64,000 nt of DNA from Minisyncoccota bacterium (lineage in GTDB: Bacteria; Patescibacteriota; Microgenomatia; PFEM01; JAFGMK01): assembly GCA_016927565.1 (NCBI GenBank), contig JAFGMK010000018.1, positions 13,119-77,118 of the forward strand, written 5' to 3'. A program made the position numbers and the translations under genes. Positions 58,028 to 64,000 of the stretch are shown here, piece after piece. The stretch's first letter is position 1. The number at the start of each line of letters is the position of its first letter. Below the pieces are notes generated by a model. The model searched no databases. It was not told where the DNA came from and saw only the letters and a list, made by a program, of their open reading frames with translations.

Positions 58028-59497
58028 GTCCCTACTTACTCTAACTTTTCTCGAGTTAAGTAGTTTTTTGAAGAGTGGCGTATAGGCAACTTTCGCCACT
58101 TTTTTGTCTTTAATATCAAACCTCTCAAAGAAGATAGCTAAGTAGTGTCTTTTGGCTTCAAAGCTAGCGTCACAATAAACCTCATAGATGTTGTTGGTGA
58201 GCTTTAATACTTCTTCTATAACATCAACGTCAAAGCCTCTTTGGTTTTCAATAGTGGCAATATCATTCTCTAAGTTTTGAATCTGGAAGTTAAGGTCCTG
58301 GTGTTTGCGTTTGAAAGATTCTTTGTCGATAGTCTTGTCTAAAAGATTATCCTCTAAGATATTGCGCTTATCTTCTAGCTTTTTAATGGCATTGCGTACA
58401 CCTTGAATTTCGCTATCTCTTGACTCTCTAGACTGTTTAACTAGGCTTTTAGCCTTGTCTAAGACAGCTTGTATAAACTCTTCTGATAACTGTATCTTCT
58501 TAAATTCTTTAGCTACAGCTTTTTCAAGCTCATCTAGGGGGATGTAGTGGCTACAGCCATTTCTAGCGCTTCCATGATAATAGGCCTTGTTTTTAGCATG
58601 AACACCATCTCCATACAATCGAGCGTCACATTCTTGGCAGTAAGCAAAGCCATTCAAGAGCCACTTATACTTTCTTCTTCTGCAAGCATTGTGGTTGTTG
58701 CGAGCCATTATCTTTTGACAAGTCTCGAATATTTCTGGTGTAGTTAAACTCTTATGGTTTCCTTTATGGAGCTTCCCGTTGTATCTCATCCATTTAACAT
58801 AAAAAGGATTTTTAAGAATCTCATAAACAATACTGCGGTACATTTTTTTACCAGTTTTACTACGTAGTTTTTTATCATTAAGATAATCGACCATTTCATC
58901 GACTGAATAGTTACCAGTAGAGTAGAGCCTAAATAACTCACTTATGAGGAAACTTTTTTCTTTGTCTACTTTTATGACACGGTTGGGTTTGTCTTCTGAG
59001 CCTAGATTGACATTTTTATAGCCTAAAGGTGCCCAACCTGGCCAATTGCCGTCTTGAATTTTCTTTTCTAAACTTTTTTTAACCTTGCGACCAGTTAAAC
59101 GACTATAGAAAGCATTAATACTAGCTAACATTCCATCCATAAGCTTACCTTCAGCAGAATCATCAATCATTGGTTGGCTTATGGCTATTAGTTGAGTGTT
59201 GCAGTCTTTAAGAACATGTTTGATTTTGTAGTGGTCAAACTCATTTCGAGCTATTCTGTCTGTATCGATAACCAAGGCCACGTCTATAGTCTCTTCTTGG
59301 CATTGGATAATCATATCTTCCAAACCTTCTCGGCCAACTGTCTTGGTGCCAGTTTTGCCACCATCTTTGAATACACCAACTACTTGATAGTTGTTTTTCT
59401 TAGCCCATTCAGCACACTTTTCCTTTTGAACATCAAGAGATAAACCGCCTACTTGGCCTGGGTCTGACACTCTGGAATAGATAACTGCTTTTTTCAT
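57998..59497 (-). CDS. Large serine recombinase (resolvase + recombinase + Zn ribbon)
   Basis: YSRVS, DRIARN, APLGY, ILKNPFY, CQEC; C-terminal WLPGLDSNQ is antisense to tRNA-Asn. Confidence 0.95.
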   Translation of the reverse strand: MKKAVIYSRVSDPGQVGGLSLDVQKEKCAEWAKKNNYQVVGVFKDGGKTGTKTVGREGLEDMIIQCQEETIDVALVIDTDRIARNEFDHYKIKHVLKDCNTQLIAISQPMIDDSAEGKLMDGMLASINAFYSRLTGRKVKKSLEKKIQDGNWPGWAPLGYKNVNLGSEDKPNRVIKVDKEKSFLISELFRLYSTGNYSVDEMVDYLNDKKLRSKTGKKMYRSIVYEILKNPFYVKWMRYNGKLHKGNHKSLTTPEIFETCQKIMARNNHNACRRRKYKWLLNGFAYCQECDARLYGDGVHAKNKAYYHGSARNGCSHYIPLDELEKAVAKEFKKIQLSEEFIQAVLDKAKSLVKQSRESRDSEIQGVRNAIKKLEDKRNILEDNLLDKTIDKESFKRKHQDLNFQIQNLENDIATIENQRGFDVDVIEEVLKLTNNIYEVYCDASFEAKRHYLAIFFERFDIKDKKVAKVAYTPLFKKLLNSRKVRVSRDWLPGLDSNQ

Positions 59498-59658
59498 TTT
59501 ATTTTCTCTCTAGAAAATCTATCGCCCTTTATTGAAATTAGTTTGAATTTATTTCTTTTTGAATAACCACGTACTATTTTTTCTTGGGTTTCAGCCTGGG
59601 ATTTTTGAGTAAATTGTTTTGTGCTAGAAACACGGTTATAAAGTGCTGTTTTTTGCAT
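59494..59658 (-). CDS. Short protein resembling a resolvase N-terminus
   Basis: MQKTALYNRVSSTKQ...; SD GAAAGGAG; ATGA overlap with the recombinase start. Confidence 0.6.
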   Translation of the reverse strand: MQKTALYNRVSSTKQFTQKSQAETQEKIVRGYSKRNKFKLISIKGDRFSREKIK

Positions 59659-59893
59659 TTTTATGACTCCTTTCTTCAAATCCTTTAACTCTATTTAATA
59701 TGTTGTTCATTACGGTATCTTCAGGAGATAAAGAATTATCTCTAATAATATGCGCTTTTGATTCAACAACCTGTTTAACACGCTTCCAGGCAGGGTATAT
59801 GCCATGAACAAAACGAAAACCAACTTCAGATAACCTAACTTCAGCTAGTTTTTGTGCCATCAATTCGAGCCAGTTGTTATTATCTTTGAGCAT
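59636..59893 (-). CDS. Hypothetical protein
   Basis: 85-aa ORF, first gene after the consensus promoter. Confidence 0.6.
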   Translation of the reverse strand: MLKDNNNWLELMAQKLAEVRLSEVGFRFVHGIYPAWKRVKQVVESKAHIIRDNSLSPEDTVMNNILNRVKGFEERSHKNAKNSTL

Positions 59894-59917
59894 ATTTATT
59901 GAATATTCTTTAACATT

Positions 59918-59969
59918 ACAATATACACATTGTACTACATAAATAATATTTAGTCAACAATATACACAT
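59918..59969 (-). promoter_or_regulatory. sigma70 promoter flanked by 13-bp direct repeats (operator-like)
   Basis: Minus strand TTGACT-17-TACAAT; ACAATATACACAT at 59918 and 59957. Confidence 0.7.
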
Positions 59970-60015
59970 AGCACACAAATTGCATTTATAACATAAATGA
60001 GTTACAATTGGAGCC

Positions 60016-60243
60016 ATGCAAGTAGAGTATAAATACACTGTAGAAGATATTGCCGAAATGCTTACCGTTAGTACAGAAACGGTTAGGCGTTGGTGTCGTA
60101 ACAAACAAATAAATCACATTAAGTTGCCAGGGAGGAAAGGTGGATTTAGATTTTCCAAAAATGATATTGTCGATTTTGTCGCCAAGCTTAATAGCAATCC
60201 TTATGATAAGGGGGGTACCCAGGGTTCAGAAAATTCAACTTAA
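60016..60243 (+). CDS. Excisionase-like HTH (HTH_17/MerR-like) DNA-binding protein
   Basis: YTVEDIAEMLTVSTETVRRWCR...GGFRFSK. Confidence 0.85.
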   Translation: MQVEYKYTVEDIAEMLTVSTETVRRWCRNKQINHIKLPGRKGGFRFSKNDIVDFVAKLNSNPYDKGGTQGSENST

Positions 60244-60480
60244 AAACTGGATGGGTATCTCTCAATAAATATTGCCTTTCTCCTTATATCCCCCCTTTTG
60301 ATAGTGTTTAACGTAAGCTGGGTTGAGTGAACCTGTTCTCAATTCCCTCATCTATGAGGCAACTCTTGTCTTTAGCCTTAAAATCAAGACTTTGACTCTT
60401 CTTTTAATAGACTCATTTATGAGTGAAGTCCCGCATATATTGCGGTTAAGCCTAAACTTATTAATTAGAAAACTAAGCGT

Positions 60481-61116
60481 TTAGGTTGTTCTTTTGTCTT
60501 CAGACTTTATTTCAACAACTTCACACATTGCATGCAATCGACTTACTAACCTATCGCCAATCAGACTTGCCAACTTTGTTTCTCCAAAGTTTGTAGTAAT
60601 AATGGTTTGCTTTACCCTGTTGTAGCGACCATCGATAATCAGATATAGGATTGAATTGGTCCAATCGCTTGTCTTTTCAGCGCCAATATCATCTAGTACT
60701 AATAACTCCACATCAACAATATTTTGTATAAAGAGCATGTTTTTGTCGTTTTCTCCATCAAAATTTGTTTGCATAGTAGTTAAAAGCTCGACAAGGTTGA
60801 CGTAAGCAATATCGCTTTCTTCATCGTTCCTTAGGCGTTCTTGTAGGGTCCATGCCGCTAGATGACTTTTACCCACTCCCGCATCTCCGAATAGATAGAG
60901 GCCACTTTCAGTGTCTTTCTTGGCAATTAAATTAGCCTGTTTCCAGGCCTGGACATTTCCAGTCTCAGCTTTAAATGGTTTATCGAGAAATAGTGGTGGA
61001 ATACCAGCGTCCCCAATTATTGAGTAATCAGAATCGTAATAACTATATTTACTTTTTTCTGAATATAGTCTTTTAGGTACGATACTTGCTAGGTTTTGGG
61101 AGATTCCTGTTTTCAT
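60481..61116 (-). CDS. DnaC/IstB-like helicase-loader ATPase
   Basis: GDAGVGKSHLA, LLVLDDIGAEK.SDW, IIDGRY, IITTN, RLVSRL; SD AAAGGAGGTG. Confidence 0.92.
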   Translation of the reverse strand: MKTGISQNLASIVPKRLYSEKSKYSYYDSDYSIIGDAGIPPLFLDKPFKAETGNVQAWKQANLIAKKDTESGLYLFGDAGVGKSHLAAWTLQERLRNDEESDIAYVNLVELLTTMQTNFDGENDKNMLFIQNIVDVELLVLDDIGAEKTSDWTNSILYLIIDGRYNRVKQTIITTNFGETKLASLIGDRLVSRLHAMCEVVEIKSEDKRTT

Positions 61117-61618
61117 AAATTTTTTCACCTCCTTTACTTTTTTTATTTTTATAACTTTGTATATATTTATTATTTGTAGATACTTTTATTTGTTTTTCTT
61201 TCTCTTTGTATGTTCCAGTTTCTGGATTAGTGACTGTTCCAATTTTTGGACCAGTACTATTCCAACTATTGATAAAGTAGTTATCCAATTCTTGATATAA
61301 AAAGTCGGATAGTCGATAATAAATCATTGCCCTGGAACCTTTTTTGACCTTAACTATTAAATTTTCTTCATCATCAAACCTTTCAATATAGCCATTATCA
61401 ATTAGCCAGTTTATTGCGGGCGAAATTGTAGCTTTAACGTACTTAGTTTTCTTTTCAATGAAGCCATACCTGATAAAATCTTTTTCTTTTTGAAAGCCAA
61501 GTGTTTGCCTGAATATTAAAAGAAGAATCTTAAATGTAGAGTTGGGAAACATTGACTGATTGTCCGCAAGCCAGTTATATGACGCTAGCTGGAAAAGAGG
61601 GTCTTTGCGTCTTTTCAT
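61073..61618 (-). CDS. Phage-type replication initiator (winged HTH, protein O-like)
   Basis: KILLLIFRQTLGFQKEKD...AINWLIDNGYI; upstream of dnaC-like; internal repeats. Confidence 0.75.
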   Translation of the reverse strand: MKRRKDPLFQLASYNWLADNQSMFPNSTFKILLLIFRQTLGFQKEKDFIRYGFIEKKTKYVKATISPAINWLIDNGYIERFDDEENLIVKVKKGSRAMIYYRLSDFLYQELDNYFINSWNSTGPKIGTVTNPETGTYKEKEKQIKVSTNNKYIQSYKNKKSKGGEKIYENRNLPKPSKYRT

Positions 61619-61866
61619 AGCGTTTCCCTCCTTTCAGCAAAAAGCCTATCTTTTAGTTCGTTTAGGCAAGAAAACAATTTTTTGGGGTTTATTAAAGCAA
61701 CATCGTCCCAATACTCGTTTATGAGTTTTTGACAGAGCAGTGTGTTTTCAAATACAAACAATACTTTTTTAGGAGAAATTTTTTCTAGACAGAGGAGAGG
61801 TACATTACCAGTAGCTAGTAAATAGGTAGCGATATAAAGCTGGTGTGTTTTAAATACGTTTTTCAT
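61615..61866 (-). CDS. DUF5659-like small protein
   Basis: THQLYIATYL...FVFE...LNELKDRLF. Confidence 0.65.
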   Translation of the reverse strand: MKNVFKTHQLYIATYLLATGNVPLLCLEKISPKKVLFVFENTLLCQKLINEYWDDVALINPKKLFSCLNELKDRLFAERRETL

Positions 61867-62159
61867 TTCAATTTACCTCTCAATCTCAATATTGGTTGCT
61901 TATATTGAGCAAACAAAAAAGCAACCGTTTAATGCTAGTTAAACTAGCTTCAACGATTGCCACCCGAATTAAGAGGTCTTAGTTTCTAAAAGCCAATGCT
62001 TTGAAACCAAGGCAATGTTTTGTTGCAAATTGAGATAAGTATTGAGGTTTTCGTAACACTACAAAAACACTACTTTCTCTATGCTAAAACTAGATTATCA
62101 CATTTCAATTTTGCGGTCAATTGGTTATAATTGGAAGTAGGTTATAATGAGGTATATTT

Positions 62160-62357
62160 ATGATTAAAGAACCAAAGGTTAAAAAAATCTTAACCATAGG
62201 AGAAGCGTCAGAAATGCTTGGTGTGACTGTAACAACACTAAGAAAATGGGATAAAAATGGCCATTTTAAGGCCTTGAGAATTGGTACTCGCAAGGGCGTT
62301 GGTGATAGACGTTACCGATTAGAGGATATTAAGAAGTATTTGATAGCAGATAAATAG
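62160..62357 (+). CDS. MerR/xis-like HTH protein
   Basis: LTIGEASEMLGVTVTTLRKWD...GDRRYRLEDI. Confidence 0.85.
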   Translation: MIKEPKVKKILTIGEASEMLGVTVTTLRKWDKNGHFKALRIGTRKGVGDRRYRLEDIKKYLIADK

Positions 62358-62393
62358 AAAATTAAAGAAAATTAAAAGAGAATTTAGAAAATT

Positions 62394-63944
62394 ATGGCAA
62401 AAAACAAGAAACTTGAGCTAACTTGGTTCAATAAAGATAAAAGTCTTTTTTATGACCTTGAAGATAAAAAATATATTTGGGTAGATAAAAAAGACCCTCG
62501 TGTATCTGAACCTCGAATTCTTCTTGAAAAAGCTTCTTATGGAGATAAAAATTCCGAAAATATGCTTATTAAGGGAGACAACCTTTTGGCCTTAAAAGCG
62601 CTGGAATCAGATTTTAGAAATACATTTAAGCTGATATTTTTAGACCCGCCATACAATACTGGAAGTGCTTTTGAACAGTACAATGATGGTCTTGAACACT
62701 CAATATGGTTAGGAATGATGAAGACCAGATTAGAGTCACTTTATAAACTTTTAAGCACATCTGGCTCTCTTTGGATAACTGTTGATGACAATGAGTCTCA
62801 TTATTTGAAAGTGTTATGCGATGAAATATTTGGGAGAAAGAATTTTGTTGCGAATATTATTTGGCAAAAAAAATACACAAGAAGCAATGATGCAAAATGG
62901 TTTTCAGATAATCATGACCACATATTAATTTTTGCTAAGAATAAAGATTCCTGGAAATTAAATAAACTACCAAGAACTGAGGAAATGGATAAGAGATATA
63001 AGAACCCCGATAATGACCCAAGAGGTCCCTGGATGACTCAACCTCTTCATGCTAAGAGCGGAACAGACAAATCTTACTCCTTCACTTTTGAAAATAATAT
63101 TGTTTGGAAACCACCTTCTGGAACTTTCCCAAGGTACAGCAAGAATACTCTTGAAGAAGCAGACAGAGATGGGCGTATATGGTTTGGTAAAACTGGAAGT
63201 GCTGTCCCAAGGATGAAGAAATATTTAGCAGACATGAATAAAGGCGTTGTACCTATGACAATATGGACCTACGGAGAAGTGGGCAGTAATGATGATGCAA
63301 AAAGGGAAGTAAAACAAGTAAATCCAAAAGATGTTTTTTCTACTCCAAAACCAGAAAAATTAATGCACAGAATTATACAAATGGCTACGGCTGAGAATGA
63401 CTGGGTCTTGGATTCTTTTGCTGGCTCGGGTACTACAGGAGCTGTTGCACACAAAATGAACAGAAGATGGGTAATGATAGAAATGGAAAACCATGCTGAA
63501 ACTCACATCGTGCCTAGAATGAAAAGAATTGTAGACGGAAAAGATAAGAATAAGACTTCAAAATTAGTGAAATGGAGTAAAGGTGGAGGATTTTCATATT
63601 TACAACTTGGAGATAGTTTATTTGTACAAGATGATGACCTTAAATTAACCATATTGAATCAAAAGATGTATAACGGGCCTTTGATTCGTGCGGTCTTAAA
63701 AGTAGAAGGTTTTAAGCTTAAAAATCCTGACAATGGGATACATGGTATAGCTGGTAAAACAATTGCCCATGTCACTGAACAATATATTAGCCAACAATAT
63801 ATAGATGTTCTTATAGATGAAATTGGCTCTGCAGGAGATTTTATAATAGTTTATGCCAAGACAATTTCAAGCAGTCTGGAATTACCCGATAACGTTGAAG
63901 TTAGAAGAATTCCAGATGTTCTATTAAGGAGATTCAAAGTATGA
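62394..63944 (+). CDS. mod: Type III R-M DNA methyltransferase (Mod)
   Basis: LIKGDNLLAL, LIFLDPPYNTG, TPKPEKL, VLDSFAGSGTT; beta-class N6-MTase. Confidence 0.9.
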   Translation: MAKNKKLELTWFNKDKSLFYDLEDKKYIWVDKKDPRVSEPRILLEKASYGDKNSENMLIKGDNLLALKALESDFRNTFKLIFLDPPYNTGSAFEQYNDGLEHSIWLGMMKTRLESLYKLLSTSGSLWITVDDNESHYLKVLCDEIFGRKNFVANIIWQKKYTRSNDAKWFSDNHDHILIFAKNKDSWKLNKLPRTEEMDKRYKNPDNDPRGPWMTQPLHAKSGTDKSYSFTFENNIVWKPPSGTFPRYSKNTLEEADRDGRIWFGKTGSAVPRMKKYLADMNKGVVPMTIWTYGEVGSNDDAKREVKQVNPKDVFSTPKPEKLMHRIIQMATAENDWVLDSFAGSGTTGAVAHKMNRRWVMIEMENHAETHIVPRMKRIVDGKDKNKTSKLVKWSKGGGFSYLQLGDSLFVQDDDLKLTILNQKMYNGPLIRAVLKVEGFKLKNPDNGIHGIAGKTIAHVTEQYISQQYIDVLIDEIGSAGDFIIVYAKTISSSLELPDNVEVRRIPDVLLRRFKV

Positions 63945-64000
63945 AAAAAATTGTTGAACAAATCACCAAAGAATTAAGTTTAAGAAAACCACAGGCATTA
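63941..64000 (+). CDS. Probable Type III restriction subunit (Res), 5' fragment
   Basis: ATGA overlap with mod; MKKIVEQITKELSLRKPQAL resembles Res N-termini. Confidence 0.6.
   Translation, partial: MKKIVEQITKELSLRKPQAL

Larger units (their letters stand above)
57998..64000. mobile_element. Integrative element (prophage-satellite/IME-like) inserted at tRNA-Asn; continues beyond window
   Basis: Abrupt AT-rich shift after the tRNA; recombinase, xis-like HTHs, rep + DnaC, R-M cargo. Confidence 0.85.

Noticed and set aside
62394-63944. Phase-variable mod (phasevarion)
   Set aside because: No simple-sequence repeat tract is visible in the gene.
1-64000. CRISPR array, rRNA, reverse transcriptase/DGR, or stop-codon reassignment
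   Set aside because: No regularly spaced repeats, rRNA or RT motifs seen; conserved genes such as jag and smpB end normally at TGA under code 11.

Overview
Chromosomal window spanning the replication origin of what looks like a Patescibacteria/CPR bacterium, probably Microgenomates-like. The lineage is inferred from gene content: a DUF4012 fusion, a T4SS-pilin array, tRNA-Arg(GCG) and short or leaderless mRNAs. Left arm: rplY, an epimerase-DUF4012 fusion, rnhA, a flippase and O-antigen ligase-like pair, the jag-yidC-yidD-rnpA-rpmH operon, then dnaA-oriC-dnaN. About 13.3-39.6 kb: a chromosomal, monoderm-type T4SS-like locus with PrgI, VirB4, a VirB6-like protein, a giant M23 peptidase, a secreted GH-A/Cys-rich protein and eight VirB2/TrbC-like pilins (two carry a shared Cys-rich module), interrupted by an isoprenoid/ECF-sigma block. 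Next come a SpoIID-like hydrolase, smpB-tmRNA, comF and six tRNAs (all four Ser, two Arg). Beside tRNA-Ser(TGA) lies a decayed tyrosine-recombinase/cassette-like island. A candidate 6S-like RNA precedes a membrane protein gene and dnaG-rpoD. An AT-rich integrative element is inserted at tRNA-Asn and runs off the right edge; it has a serine recombinase, xis-like HTHs, rep/DnaC and a Type III R-M system. Two families of intergenic palindromic repeats are also present. All calls come from motif recognition by eye; no database searches were run.
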